A stretch of DNA of 64,000 nucleotides from Callorhinchus milii. Its lineage: Eukaryota. A program made the position numbers and the translations under genes. The notes beneath the pieces were generated by a model, which was given only the letters and a program-made list of their open reading frames with translations, did no database searches and was not told where the DNA came from. Below are positions 12,127 to 26,315 of the stretch, one piece after another. Position 1 is the first letter of the stretch. Each line of letters opens with the position of its first letter. The stretch covers positions 40,920,001 to 40,984,000 of the forward strand of contig NW_024704746.1 in the NCBI RefSeq assembly GCF_018977255.1. Reading direction: 5' to 3'.

Positions 12127-13089
12127 GTGTGAAATGGAATTAGGGCCTTTTCAATCCAATTCCTAGTCAGTACAATTGGCTGTAATTAAAAGCACATATT
12201 GATATTAAAGTGAATATCCCACTTAAAGAGATTTAGACAATAACTGGTGAAGCCAATGGAAAAAGACACATTGGCGCAATAAGAGGGTGTTCTCATAATA
12301 AGTTGAATAAGTTGGGTCAAAGGAAACTTTTTGCACCTTGGAATGTCTATAATGGTCATCAGGTGGAAGCCCTCAACTGATGTCCCTCGCTGTAATGAGC
12401 GAAAGAATTCATAAAAAAATAGAAACTTTTAAGAGGATCCTTCGATTTGTTCTAGTTTAGCAATACTAAGCATTCTGGCTTTGTGTCTGAGATGACAGTT
12501 TAATTGCAATAGAATTTAAACCTGCAACTTTTTCAATTTCTTCAAGTTGACAATGAGGAATGTTCTGTCGGCTGACTCCGAACACAGGAACATTTTGTTG
12601 TGCAAGACTAGGGGTGTGAAATTCCTCAGGGCTTCTCAGTGAGGCTACTTTGACAATGTATATTTAGAATGGAATTTTTATTTTCTCCAAGAACATTTCA
12701 TCAATGTCGTAGAAGTTAATGAGTTGGAAAATGTTACGCCCCTCCCAAGATTTTATAATAATAGACATGTGAGATGCTCAATTGTCAGTACTGAATTATG
12801 TAGAGTATATTTTCAGAGTTGGAGCTACTCACGAGAACACAACTCCAAAACAATTGAGAGACTGCCACATGTTGGTGATTCAGCCTGTGACCATTCCATT
12901 ATTTTATCTGATGTACATGATGCATTTCTACTCCTGAGAGATGACTTGTATCAAATCAGGTTCAATCGACTTCTCAGATAAGGAGACTATAGCCAACTAG
13001 TCTTAAACCCTGCTTGCCAGATTCCACAGCTCCTCCCTACACAAGCCACAGACCATCCAAAATTCTGCAGGCCATGTCCTCTCCTACAG

Positions 13090-13205
13090 AATACTCCATG
13101 AGCCCATCATCCCCATTCTTCCTCACTCCACTGGCTCCCCATCTCCCAGTGGATTGAATTCAAGATTTTCATCCTAACCTTTAAATGCCTAATCGACCTT
13201 ACCCC
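13090..13205 (+). mobile_element. L2 ORF2 fragment
   Basis: cccatcatccccattct...cactggctccccatctcccagtggattgaattcaagatt (HWLPISQWIEFKI motif). Confidence 0.7.
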
Positions 13206-13337
13206 AGACTTGATTGACTGAATGCTTCCTTCTTCACTATACATTTCTATGATTCTGAAAAACTAAATAAGTGACACAGACAGGATGGAGCTAATGGCCT
13301 CTTTTGGTGCAGAAAATGTCTACATCCCTGCATTATA

Positions 13338-13472
13338 AATAATAATAATCCGTGCATTTGATATACCGCTTTATCATGTCTTCAAGACGTCTCAAGGCGC
13401 TTCACAGAACATACTGTCAAGTGAATTGACTGTATATTTTGTGAGCGAAACGTGGCAGCCAATTGCCCACAG
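13338..13472 (-). mobile_element. Family A SINE 3' fragment
   Basis: Tail plus end of the Deu core on the minus strand; similar 3' fragments at about 2245-2385(+), 8872-8975(-), 9925-10050(-), 20380-20457(-), 24270-24395(-), 34560-34720(+), 34850-35015(+), 36751-36860(-), 47305-47410(+), 56450-56550(+), 59505-59626(+). Confidence 0.85.
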
Positions 13473-16400
13473 ACTTTTCTTAAATGCATTAAGAAAACTA
13501 AGGCAAACAAAATGTTGCTTTCAAGTCAACCCATATCAGAATAGGTAAGGCTGAGCTGCATTTCAAATCAAATTGGATGCACAGGTTACAAAGGGATTAA
13601 GGGGATTACCTGGAAGTTTAAAGTTAATGTATTCATGCAGCCTGTTGCACCAGTGGCCACTATTCATAGATATAATTGTTGTAACTGGAGGAGGCTTCTC
13701 TTATTTCTTTCAATACAATAATATCATTTATTCATTGGCTTAAACTAGGTGTGAAAATATAGAGATACGTTTCTAGATGAGATCTGACAAGTTAATAGAG
13801 GGGCTTTAAATCTGCAAAAAAAATCATGATAATCAGGTTTTATTATGTTTTTCAAAAAATGTCCTAAATGAATTCAGATAATATAAAAAAAGGAGGGTTT
13901 TGAACGTCGTAAATGTGTCATGGTATAAAACAGTGTGATAATAAGTAGGCTCCAAAGTATCATATATCTTAGTAAAAGGTGCTTGACTTTTATGTGAAGA
14001 AGAAAAAAATCTTGTTAAAATTCTACAAAGAGGCAGCGTGCGGGGAGGTTGTTGGCCCAACCCTGCATACTTGCACACTCTGCCACACAGCGGAATGAAG
14101 CACTGACACAAACAGCTGTGTCTCGTAAGAGAGGACTTATAGTCCCGTGAAAATACTTATTAAGTTATACTTCTACATGGACATTAAACCTCCCCCAACA
14201 AAAAAGGGACACATCGCTTTTTATGTTTTTATAAAATGTCTTCTTTGTTTCTTTTGGATTCATAAACTGATTTTCCAATAAAATCCTCAGTTCATCCTTG
14301 TGAAAATAATTCTCTTTAAAAACATACGAAAGAATAAGGGTCAGCAACGTCTGACGTGGGAAAGAAAATGGAGTAATTCAGTGAAATATTTACACTGTGT
14401 ATTTTTTCTCTTCATGTGGCCATCAGATTTCCATTGAATGGCTTTTGTTGACAATGTGTGCTAATCTTTGATAAATATTAAACCATCTGTATTGGAGCCC
14501 CGAGGATAACTTACACCTTAAGGTTCTAGTAGCAGACAAACCTTCATCAAAATTCCCTTACTTTAGCCCGTGTTTGTGAAAATATATTTTAGCCTAGATA
14601 TTGGGTGAGATTTGTTATCTCTGACGCCTTGCACAGTTTAAAGTGCCATTGTGCTTGACTTGGCAGTATGAAGCAGAAGTCACCACTACCAAATCAGTGT
14701 TTAAAACATAATTTTAGCCTGTGTGCACCCAACGTTTAAGCTGCTGCCGCCAACTGATTTCAAAGTTCCAAAATTACAAGTTTGCAAAGCTTTTCATTGA
14801 ATTTTGGCTGGAGTGTCAGAATGAACGGTTTCAAATAGCTCTTGTTCTCCCCTTACAACATAACAAAATTTAAGGTTAACCTCCCTAAGGTAATTCTGCA
14901 ATCTTGCCCTATCAAAGGCCTAAGAATTGGGTGAGTATGTGTTATCAGCTATCATGGTGCAACTGAGAGATATATAACAAGTGGGTTTAATCTGTTGATT
15001 CAGCACTCAGTGAGAGCTCCTGATCTTAGCTTTGCCATGGGGGACGTGCACAGTATAGGTTGGATTATTCTTCTGATGAAGGAATGGAAAAATCACGAGG
15101 TGAGTCACTGCTCTCACGCCCCTCCTAGTGATTGGTTACACAGCAGCCTCAGCTGAGGTCTGGGAGCAGGACCCTTGTGGTCACACACTTGTATCTGGAA
15201 TGCAAAGCAAGTGAATGGAAACAGGAACAGTGGGTGGAAAACAAAATAAATTTTAAAGCGAGGACAAAAAAATAGTTATTCTATTCTTGTGTGAAGCATT
15301 CTTATAATGAAACAGTCCTAAATAAAAATGTGAACTAGCTTTTTTCTGGCACATTATTTGCTTTGCTGACCTGACATGCACAATATTTGTTTTGTAAGTG
15401 ATTACACTTTGCAGGTGAATTTAATATTGACCCTGTCCAGTAGAGAGCAATTCTATACATGAGTTACCAATGGTTTGAGATCAGCTCCAAATTGGAACAG
15501 ATAGTCAACCATAAACTACATACACCATCTTCTCTTGTTGAACTTAAAAGACCTTAATGTTGCAGAAATATGTGAAGAATAGCATTTTATTTTCTAACTA
15601 TATGAATCCCTAACCCAATATAAATAAATCCATGAAATGTCAGAAGCATCTGACATTTCTAAACGTTATAAATAAAGGCACATCTCTAGGATGTGGCAAA
15701 AGAATAACTGGCTACTATTAATATGGGTTTGTCTTTTCATTATAAAGTAATGAATGATCAAAGTAACATGGATTATAGATATCAGTAGAAGTGTAATACT
15801 AATTGTTTAATACATTCATACAATCTAACAGGCTCCAGATGATCCCGACAAAAAACACATAGTTATGTAAAGCATATATATTGCACAATCATTCAATAGG
15901 TTATTAATGCAATAGGTGGCATTAGAGATTATCACATGAGAGAATATCACATAACCCTGAGTTAATTAACCAGGTACAACCCATTCAGTAAACATTAGAT
16001 CAAATGGAGACTTGATACTTTTTCTACTTGGTTATAAATGGAAAATGTTTGATAAGATTTTTTTTAAAAAAATCAATAAATATCGAACAATGTGTGGTTA
16101 TTGGGGGATTAGCTGGGTGAGTGCATCAATCGTATTCATTAGCGGCTGCGAGAAAGTCAAGGGAACGTTTGATCTGGAGTGTGCGATGCTGTCAGGGCAG
16201 CTGCTATGGGTTCACATCGACAACATGATCTTAAACACCGTATAAGGAGTGGAAAAAGTTTGCTTAAAAATCGGATCTTGTGACCATTATCTCATGGGCT
16301 CTGAACAATGAAGCCTGCGGTATAAATCTTTAAATGTGACTGAATTGGGAATACATGAATTATTGTGCTGGATAGCAATAAGCAGAGTAATTGTGCCTCA

Positions 16401-16589
16401 TTTGCAATGGTGTGGTGGGGCAGTAGAGAGCCCAGTGTTGTTAATACTTACATATTTAGGGGAGAATCTGGATGATATATTGTACATCTGGACAACAACT
16501 GTAGCTCTGGGTGTGATTGAACTATACGACCGGTATGTGCATCAGTGCTGCTAATGCTGTTGGAATACATTACTTTCTTCATTCATGCA

Positions 16590-16705
16590 TTCACGCACAC
16601 ATATACAAGGAAACATGCACACACACAGGCATGAACACACACACACATACACAACTGCACACACACATGCCTGTGTACACATACGCAAACATACATGCCC
16701 ACACA
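16590..16705. repeat. Degenerate (CA)n microsatellite
   Basis: Directly visible. Confidence 0.85.
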
Positions 16706-18651
16706 ACAAAAATATAACACTTTTTTTTGTAACTTGGTGAGCACAGACAATCAAAAGCATTAAGCGACATTAGATAAACCAGAACATTTTAAAAATTGTA
16801 TTCCATGGTAAACAGTAACAAATGACATGAAAGAAAAGAGTAAAGAAAAATGAGCAAAAGAGAGGATTTGGATTTTTTTCTTCATGTATTACCATTCCAC
16901 TTTCACGGGTGGAAATGGTTTCTGATCCTACCTTTGTTTTAGTATTAAAGAGCTCTGCTTATTTTGGCATATGGTAACATACCAGCAAAGCAGCAGTCAT
17001 GTAGCACTCACCCAATCACTACCTGATTACATTAAGTAGTTTCATGTGTTCAGAATTGTGTGCAGCAGCATTTAGCCCCTGACAGTAACTAATAAGGTAT
17101 TAATTAATTAAAGTGAGACTTGACTGCTGGAATTTTACCATCTTACATGCCAAATATGTACAGATCCCCCGAGTGTTTGGATCAGTTGCAATGTTCCTGA
17201 TGCTTAAAGGTGGGGGCTTTGTCATCACTGAAAAGTACTCAAATGTTACAAGAATTGCGTTGTGTTCAATGATTGAGATTCTGCAGAGGAACAATATACT
17301 TTTTTTAAAAAAGAAAATACATTTAAATGTCAACATTGCCTCCACCAAAAGACACATTTTATCTAGTACAGCCAAGGCTTGATGGAGCCCAATATGAGTT
17401 CTTCAAAACTGAGTTTAGGAAAACACAGCCTTACCTAAAAATGTTTGATTGCAACAGATAAACTTTAATACAACTTTTCAAGCTGAAAATATTCAGTGAG
17501 CTCTACACTGTGAAATTGCATAAGCCTTACGTCATCGTTCATAGATAATTAGTTCTTAAATCATTTCTAGAAGTTTATGACACTTCATAACAAATCCAGA
17601 TTGGATGGTAGAATTTTTATGATCTTTTACATCAGTCTAATGTATTTTTTCAAATCAAATTGTTTCAGTTTTCTTCCTTTCCTCTTTCAGACACTCATAT
17701 CTTCATATTCTTCTCCAATGTGAAGTTACAATTTCTCCTCAAGCTTCCAGCGCTAACTAAGTATACAGGCCAAAATTAATCAAATGTTAATGTTTCTTTG
17801 AAGGGAGGGAGGAATTTCACCTAGTGATTAGTTGACAACTGATGCTAACCACTAAACTTCACAGTAGATACATCTGAGTGTTTGGCTGCAAAAGCCCAGC
17901 CAGATGCCTTCTTCCTTGGCTTTGATTTCTTCACTTTTTCCTCAGAGAAGTTATTCGTCTCCATAGAGCGTCATTCAGCTATGATTAAAGAGGAGCAAGT
18001 GCAGGTTTCATTGCTACACTATATAATCTTGTCCCGTCTTGTTTCTCCTATTTCCTCTAAGTCTAAGGTGACATGCTCTGATATTGCAAACTATTAGTTG
18101 GTCTGATCAAATTGAACTGATTTGCTCATGAGGACAAGCCAAAAATAATCCAATCCAATCCACATTTACACAGCTCCATAGGGAGGTCATCTCAGAGCAC
18201 TTTATCAATGTTGGCTTGGCACCTAAACAGAGGTTGGGGACAAATCATTGTGTCCGCTTTTGCAAAAAAAGAATGATCGTCATATATTTTCAATGCACAT
18301 ACGCAAACTGACAGAGGGGAATTGGTAAAGTGTGATTTACTATGTACTAGTGCAAAATGCCTTGCCCTGATTTGTGAACTTCTGAGCTGCAAATTTTCCC
18401 ATCTTGTCTAATCTTTTGTTTGTTGGTCCCAACTCTAGAATCTGAAGGTGCGGAATTTTTTATAATCCTTACCACACATTCTCACCGGTGAGTTTGAACG
18501 CTAACTGACATTTTTTGTTTTTTTATGACTGAGCGTTTATTCTTCAGTTTCTCCGAGGTCACATCAATCAACAACAGAGAAAACAAGCAAGAGATTAATG
18601 CAACGGATTTCCAAATGAAGCAAGTTATTTGTCATTTATCCAGATGGGCAT

Positions 18652-19022
18652 TAATAATAATAATAATAATCCTTGCATTTGATATAGCGCCTTATCACGT
18701 CTTCAAAACATCTCAAAGCGCTTCACAGAATATACTGTAAAATGAATTGACAGTATTTTTTGTGGACGAAACGCAGCCACCAATTGCCCACAGCAGTGTC
18801 CCACAAACAGTCATGGAATGAGTGATCAATTTTTTTTTGAAGGAGTTATTACCACCAGAAAAGCGATCCGCCAATCACTAACAACTGGGTTCCTACTAAC
18901 TGCTAGGTAAGCAGTGTGGAGTAAGGAAACTTGCCTGACATTTTACCCTGCTGGGAATCTAACCCAGGTCTCTCTCTTGTGAGGGGAGTGCAAGTGCTTT
19001 AACCACTACATGATAGGACTCC
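18652..19022 (-). mobile_element. Family A SINE, long form
   Basis: Full element with an extra internal block (ttacctagcagttagtaggaaccc... on the minus strand). Confidence 0.9.
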
Positions 19023-20214
19023 ATTAAGATCCAATGCTCCTATTCCAAAAAAGAAGGTACATTCTTCCAGTGACCTAGACAACAAAACCACAAACTAACC
19101 GATCTTTCTTCAACTCATGGTTGGTAATGTGACTTTGCTGGTACAAATGGATGACACATTTCCCTACAAAAAGTACACACTACACTTAACATTAATTATT
19201 TGAAATGTTGTTGCAACAAGGAGCTTTAAAAATGCAAGTTTTTTTCTTAATGCAATAATATACAAGTGTTTTTGTGAAGACTTTACATTATACCACAGTA
19301 TGTTAGCAACAATCAAATGGATTGTTTAGACTGGAGCACTCTAGTAAATGTTAATGTTTTAGTCCAAATGAAAGCTGGAAAGAGAAGCCGATTAAGACAA
19401 GCCATATGTGGCAGAGAGTTTGGCAAAGGAACAAAAGTTGACAAATTAGTTGTGCAATCCACTCAGGACAGCATTGAACGATTTACAAAATAAATGTTTG
19501 AATCAATGAGAATATAAATTCAATAGAAGTAGAGATTTCAGAAATACAGCCGATAATAATAAACATTATTATATTGAGAATCTTTTAAAGTTTTAGTTTC
19601 ATTAAATGAAATAACGCCCCCTTTATGGTGAAATTGTTTATCCCTAAAATGAGGTTCATTGTGCCTCAAAATCGAAACACTGTCACAATTGAAACTCTAA
19701 TCATAGATCGCTGCAGATTGACTGAATATCACAGGGCCTAAATTGCAAGAAAAGGTCTCTGAGTTGTACAAATGGGGAATTCCTTACCTTATGAGAAATA
19801 TCTCACTGACCCATGGGAAAGCACTTGGATGGAGTTCCAGTGGACCATTGGGAGTTCTGAAGGGATTCATTGATCAAGGATGGCATTAATAAATCGCAAA
19901 TGGGATAACTTTCTTTGTGGAAGTATTCATTCAAGTTCCAGTGTAAGAACCAGCTGGTCTAGAAACTAGAAAGATTCAAGAATTTTCTTTAGATTAGGTG
20001 TTCTTGAAATAAATAACAGTAGAAACAGAGCAACAATGAGTTGATCTGCTTACTGTAGCTGATGTCGAAATTTCTGCTTTCTTGGTTTACTGAGCAGAAT
20101 GATCAATCATTTGTCGTAAGGAAAATTTTCTGATTAAAAAAAACTTTTCTATGTTACAAAGATTTCACTGTTAAAAACACTGCACTGTATTAAAGTAAAA
20201 ACACTTTCATATAA

Positions 20215-20600
20215 TTCACACAGATCACAAGATTGGTTTGGATGAAGAAGGCCCTTTGGCTAACTTAATATCTTACATCCAGAACACCCATCATATCATC
20301 CTCCCATGACAGCATCAAGCTGGTTTTTAAATGAGTATCAATGTCCGGCCCTCAAATGAATGTTCCAGGCATTAATATACAATCCTTGGATTTGATAGAA
20401 CGCCTTATCACATCTTCTAGACGTCTCAAAGCGCTTCACAGAATATACTGTAAAGTATATAATTATTATTATTTTTTAAATTTATTTTTACTACTCTCTG
20501 GGTAAAGAAATATTTTTCAGCGTCTGTTCTGAAATTGCCTTTTGCAACTCAAAACCTATGTCCTATTCGTCTACCTTCTTGATGCTTCCAAAAGTAAATA
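20215..20600 (-). mobile_element. CR1 3' end interrupted by a SINE tail
   Basis: ctctgggtaaagaaatatttt...ctgaaattgccttttgcaactc matches 41288-41530 and 30815-31050; SINE tail at about 20380-20457. Confidence 0.7.
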
Positions 20601-21701
20601 TTCTCTGAAATTAACCAAGAATTTTTGATATTTGAAAATGAATTCTATTCCATTTTTAAAAGGTAGCCTTTAAACGTTATACATATCAGAGTTTGAATGA
20701 AAGTCAAAATAGATCAGAAATGTTTAATTGCTTTGGATTATGTTTCTCGAATGTGGTTAAACCTTATTCACTGGAATTTATATGGTTTGTAGAAGGAGAG
20801 GCAGGAAAGACCTTCAATTTAAATTTTCTCATAAAATTGCAAGATTGAAGGAGAAACTCAAATCCTTGGCCTGTCCTGAAATTTGTAGCAGTATTCAGAA
20901 TTCCAGGGTTTGAGAATGATGAAAGTGACACTTTATTTACCAAGACCTGTTCATTGATGTAACTGAATGGGTATTTTCCTGACCACATTAAGAAACCATA
21001 TGGTAGGTTTTCAGCAAACTTGTTTTGGAAAATTGCCAGTTTCTCCTCTTGGGTAGAAGAAATTAGATTTCTTTGGAAAAAAAAATTTCAGAGAAAACTA
21101 CTCTAGATTCAAACTATTTCCTTCCCTTCCTCTCCCCTTGTTAGCATCAAAAATGCCATAAAATTTTCACATCACAAGCTCTGTTAATATAGCAAAGTAT
21201 TTCATGTCTCAGATGAAGCTCCATTATAATCAACAGAAGAACGCAAACCAATGGTTCATTCCTCCCTGTTACCTCCCTCCACCCTGTTGAAAAGAACAAG
21301 TCTGTCAAATCACTGTGAGTTTCAATAACAAGCCCATGTAGAATGGCTATCTGTAATTGCTATTTTGTATTGAGTTTGATGGGTTGTAAAACATGCCTCC
21401 AAAACACTTTCTGTAAAAACTTGGCACTATGGATTTGAAACCACTGACTTATGACGTTTGATGGTTATATACACTGCACTGGTGCCATTTCAATCATCAT
21501 CACGTACAACATGTGGTTTTGGTTTCAATTTATAGAAAGGCATAGGAGCTGTGTACCATTATATTTCGGCCAGAATGACAATGATGAGTGTTTCATTTGG
21601 TGGTGTTCAAATTCAATGCGGTTTACTGAAGCCAAAAGTAGCTTCTTTAAAACAAAAGGAAAAGCAAGAATTGTAGCATACAAGGCGATTAAAACCTATG
21701 G

Positions 21702-22160
21702 TAATAATACTCCTTGCATTTGATATAGCACCTTATCATGTCTTCAAGATGTCTCAAAGCACTTCACAGAATATACTGTAAAGTGAGTTGTTTTGTGGGT
21801 AAAACATGGCAGCCAATTGCGTACGCAGTGGCCCACAAACAGTCGTCGATTGAGTGACCAAATAATTTATTTTTTTAAATTTATTTTGAAGGAATCATTA
21901 CCCCCGGAAAAGCAAATCATCAATCAACTAACATCCTAGTTCCTACTTACTGCTAGGTGAACAGAGATGTGTGGAGTAAGGAAACTTGCCCAACGTTTCT
22001 CTCTGCCGGGAATCGAACCCAGGTCCTCTGCTTGAGAGGCAAGTGCTCTAACCACTGAGCTACAGGACACCACAATATAGGAAATTCTATCTGCTTATTG
22101 TGTTCAATTGGGAGACAGGTCCATCTTGATTATACATGTATGTACAGGTTTGAAACGCCA
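21702..22160 (-). mobile_element. Family A SINE, long form, with an 80-90 bp 5' leader (22073-22160)
   Basis: Full SINE 21702-22072; the upstream leader is homologous to 49765-49845. Confidence 0.92.
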
Positions 22161-22187
22161 TCAATTTGGTTACTAATTCCACTAGTA

Positions 22188-22287
22188 TTTGTGGGACACG
22201 ACTGTGTGCAATTGGCTGCTGCCGGGAATCGAACCCAGGTCTCTCCCTTGTGAAGCGAGTGCTCTAACCACTAAGCTACAGGACTCC
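22188..22287 (-). mobile_element. Rearranged family A SINE (head joined to an inverted Deu segment)
   Basis: tRNA head on the minus strand (22220-22287) abuts tttgtgggacacgactgtgtgcaattggctgc on the plus strand. Confidence 0.85.
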
Positions 22288-22737
22288 AGTAGAACCCCAT
22301 TATAAGAAATTTGCACTGTAACAAAACTCACTCCTTGGTCCCAACAATTTTTAAAGGAGCTCAGATCTCTGCCAGATGGTACCCCTCCCCTGATATGAAA
22401 AACTTCTCTGTTAGTTTTCGTGACTTTGTAATAACAAAGTTTTACTCTATAAAGGTTAATGGGCCTTAGGATTTCATGAGACGTGTCACACTTGTTATTC
22501 AATAAATATGCGTGGCCAATTTTTTTCCTTATAGATGGTGACTTGCACCCAGCAAGTCCCATAGCTGCTGGAGAAATGTATTCAATTATTGAAAACATGC
22601 ATATTTACGGTTTCACTTTTGTGCACTTTTGTTAGTTAGCAAAACTGCTGTTTTATTTCACTGAATTTAAATAAATATGTAGTAAATTATCATATTTATT
22701 TTTTTATTAAAAATTGCATTAGAGTAAATTTAAAGCC

Positions 22738-23150
22738 TGGCTCAGTTGGTAGCACTCTCACCTTTGAGTTAGAAGGCTGTGGGTTCCAGCCCTATGTCAG
22801 GACTTGGACTTCGAACTCAGTCTAGGTTGACACTCCACTACAGGACTTGGGGTGGTCTGCATTGTTGGAAGTGCCTTCCTTCAGATGAAACATCAAACCA
22901 TGGTCTCATCTGTCTACTTATTGTGGACACGAAACAATCCATGATACTATTTAAAAAGAGAATGGAGTTTTTCCCCAGTATCCTGGTCAAACAATCCTCC
23001 GGATAAAATTGATCATTTAGTTCATGGCCGTTTGCGGGACATTGTTGTGAGGAAATTTGATTTACTTGCAGTAAATCCTGTGAAGTAAGTGCTTAGAAAC
23101 ATCTAACTGTTGTGAAGTGAGCTATATCGAATGTAAGGTTTAATAATAAT
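22738..23150 (+). mobile_element. Family B SINE, near full length
   Basis: ggctcagttggtagcactctcacctttgagttagaaggctgtgggttcc ... tttgcgggacattgttgtg ... gctatatcgaatgtaagg; further B fragments at about 36876-36975(+), 39890-39948(+), 41745-41890(-), 46290-46445(-), 48630-48760(+), 62008-62230(+). Confidence 0.85.
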
Positions 23151-25854
23151 GATTCTCCTTTATTTTTAAATAACGTGAAACATTAAAATTATTGATCTGA
23201 GAACTAACTTTCAGAGGTATGTTTGACTTATATTTCTCATATTACATTAATGATGTTTGAACAGTAATTTAAGGTTGCAAAATCTGTCACGAATTAAATG
23301 GAAAGCATTGGATCAAGTCTATTGGGAGTAATAAAATCTGATTGGAATGAGTTCTGGACTGTGAAGAGTTTTGACACATTTAGGGTTATTGTCTAGTTGA
23401 AATAGATCCTACTGAAAGTTCACCTGTGAATTAACAAGGAGACAGCTTTACTGCTGATCAACTATCCTTCCCTGAGTGGTGATCCACTGAGTCATGAGCT
23501 GAAGAGCTTATTCACAGTTGACTGCAGTCACTTGCAGTGATACCTTTCATAAGTGCAATAAACTCCTACGAAAATGTAACCTCCAAACATTTCAAATGCC
23601 ACTTTTTCACACAAAGTGCCAAGTTCTTGCCCTAAATTAAGTTGCACGAGTAATTTGTTTCGCGTTTCTTGCTCATGTGGGTGTTTGAAAAGTAATCATT
23701 GAAATAATACTAATCATAGAGTTCCACAGACTGGTTAAACTAATAACCTCTTCAATGTCACTGATTTTGTGAACCACGATTTATTAACAGGATAACAGGA
23801 ATTATTTGATAATCTGTTTCTACTGGTGTAACGTTTGAATACTCAATCAATTGAGTCCCTGAAACATAATCTCACAATATTACATGGACATAATTAAATC
23901 ATGCCTTTCTTTGAATTGATGATCACAGTCATCTGCAAATTTTTCTCCAGCTGGTCTGTGCTGAGATATACCATTCAGAGTCATCTTATTTCGTGCAAAC
24001 ATATTCCATGAAGCCATTTATTGTCTTATACTGTACTGTACTGCAGGTTAACTTTGATGATGTGAGATGAAACTTGGCCCCTCTGGTTTCTCTGTGGACT
24101 ATACATGGGAGGAAAGGAAGAGAAATAATAGACAGTCGGGCCTACACCAGAGAGGCTAAGATTGTTTCACAGCAATGGGAAGATATTGTCAGACCGCACA
24201 GCAATTGAAGAAACAATACTTACCAAATTATATATTTCCTTATTTTTTCCTCCAAAAATAAATAAATAAATAATAATAATCCTTACATTTGGTATAGCAC
24301 CTTTCATGAAAGGTGCTACACCAAATGGATATCCCAAAGTGCTTCACAGGATATATTTAAAGTTCAGTGACTGTGTGTTTTGTGGGCGAACACACAGTCA
24401 CACACAATATATATCTTTGAAGTAATTCACCATGGAGAAAACACTGAACATCATTTGTGTCCTACGGGCTAAATTTCAAATACATTGCCAAGTTAGATAC
24501 TTGAAGCAATAGTCCATTCCATGTGTTGTCCATTAGTATTGGCACAAAATCCAGGAAAAAAAACTGCTTGCAGTGAAGGAAAAAGTAAGTTTACATTGAC
24601 ACGCAGTGCAAAATATAAGTATTAATGAAATAGCAGTCTGATTTTTTTTATCGTATGAAGGGTTAAGCAAAAAAAAACAGATTTGGACAAAAGAGAGGAA
24701 TGAAAAGGGAAAAAAAGTCAGCACATAGCAGCATGATTCATGGTGTAGCACACCTTGTCGATGGACTGGTCCATGATAAAAATCGTATTTGGTGTTGTGT
24801 TTCATGAGCTTCTGCTACTTGGTTATGAGAAGGAGAGGCAGATAGGGTGAAATCGGAGAAGGGAGCAGGTTTGTCTGCTCAGCCCCAGCTGAATGAAAAT
24901 AGATTGGGATCTGGTTGCAGCAGGCAGACAGCAGCAATCTATCAACAGCAAGTTCACTTACAAATGAGGTTTTGTTTTTTTTCCTCCCTGTTCTGATTTG
25001 CCTGACCAAGGTAGCTCATCGTGAATAGCCTTATTTGGACAAAAACAGTGTCATACCTTAACTTTCTGCCTTAGGTTTTCTGCAGCGCACAATGGAAATG
25101 ATTGAACTGGCCTTGGTTTTGATGCTTGTCTTGGCTCGATCTGAACCAATCCAGGCTTTATTGAGCTTGGAGCCCCAAAAAAGTAAGAGAAACTACAAAC
25201 AAAACCGACAAGAAATGCCCGCACAAGAATAGCAAGTGGTTGCTTTTTTTTTGGAAAAAGAATAGAAACTACTATATAATACACTTCAATTTGTTTTCAT
25301 TTCATTTTGGGAAAAAATTACTTGTTTCTCTTAGCCTCATTTTGATAGAGTGCCTGCTCTCTGCACTGTTACTTTCAAAGCCAGCAGTTCATTCAGAGCC
25401 TGATCAGAAACCACGTCTGCAAGATCTGTCTACGTACAAGTGGAAGCTGATAACAGCATATTTGTGGAGTGGATGGATTAGAAGAGCATTCTCTTGGTCC
25501 ATGTCACTTTAGTGCATCTGTTACTTATAAATGGTTGAATTTATCTCAATGGTTGAGAGCCCAGCCAGCACCTTGGATTATTTAAGCAACTAACTGGGAT
25601 AGTGAAGCTCTCTTTGAATTTTATTTCTTTCCCGTCAGTTAGAGCAGTCATTGTAGCTATTCCAACGAAAGTCTCTGCATTTCAAACCATCTACAAAACA
25701 ACTGATTCAATGGAGCTTCCTTTTAATTGCCACCTCTATCAATCTTGGCAGTTACTTTCCTAATAATTCAGAAACCTACCACCTTTTTGCGATTTGAATT
25801 GGAGACCTTATGAATGGCTTTTTATCTTAAGCCAAATGATACCAAACACTGCCA

Positions 25855-26315
25855 TCTATGTCTTCAGCCATACCAGGTTCTGCACCCCTATTACCCCAGT
25901 TTTTGCCAGGCTCCACTGGCTCCCTGTTGCACATCGGATCAATTTCAAGATCTTTACTCTCACTTTTAAATCACGTCATGTCCTGGCACCTCCCTAACTC
26001 CGACCTGCTCACACTGAACTCCACTAGATCAACCTTGGCTCTGCTATCTCGAATCTTCTGCGTGTCTCTTGTCCCCTTTGCTCCATCATTGGTGGCTATG
26101 CTTTCAGCCACCATGTCCCGAATCTCTGGAACTCTCTGTCGGAATTCCTCCATCTTGCCCCCTCTTTGCCCGTCTTCAAATCATACCTAAAGACTTCAAC
26201 CATACCTTTGGAAAATTCCCTTCACTTTCCAGCTCGGAGTCAAACCACACCGCTGTTAAGCGCTCTGAGATCCCTCAAGCGTGAAGAGTTCTGTATAAAT
26301 GCAAGTTGTTGTTGT
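25855..26315 (+). mobile_element. L2 LINE 3' end (ORF2 C-terminus plus tail)
   Basis: ITPVFARLHWLPVAHRINFKIFTLTFKS motif; tail ataaatgcaagttgttgttg. Confidence 0.9.

Noticed and set aside
14165-14350. Minus-strand ORF with a good acceptor
   Set aside because: No recognisable homology and no linked exons
25057-25192. Minus-strand open segment between AG and GT
   Set aside because: Phase incompatible with KCNQ1 exon 15 and peptide not recognisable
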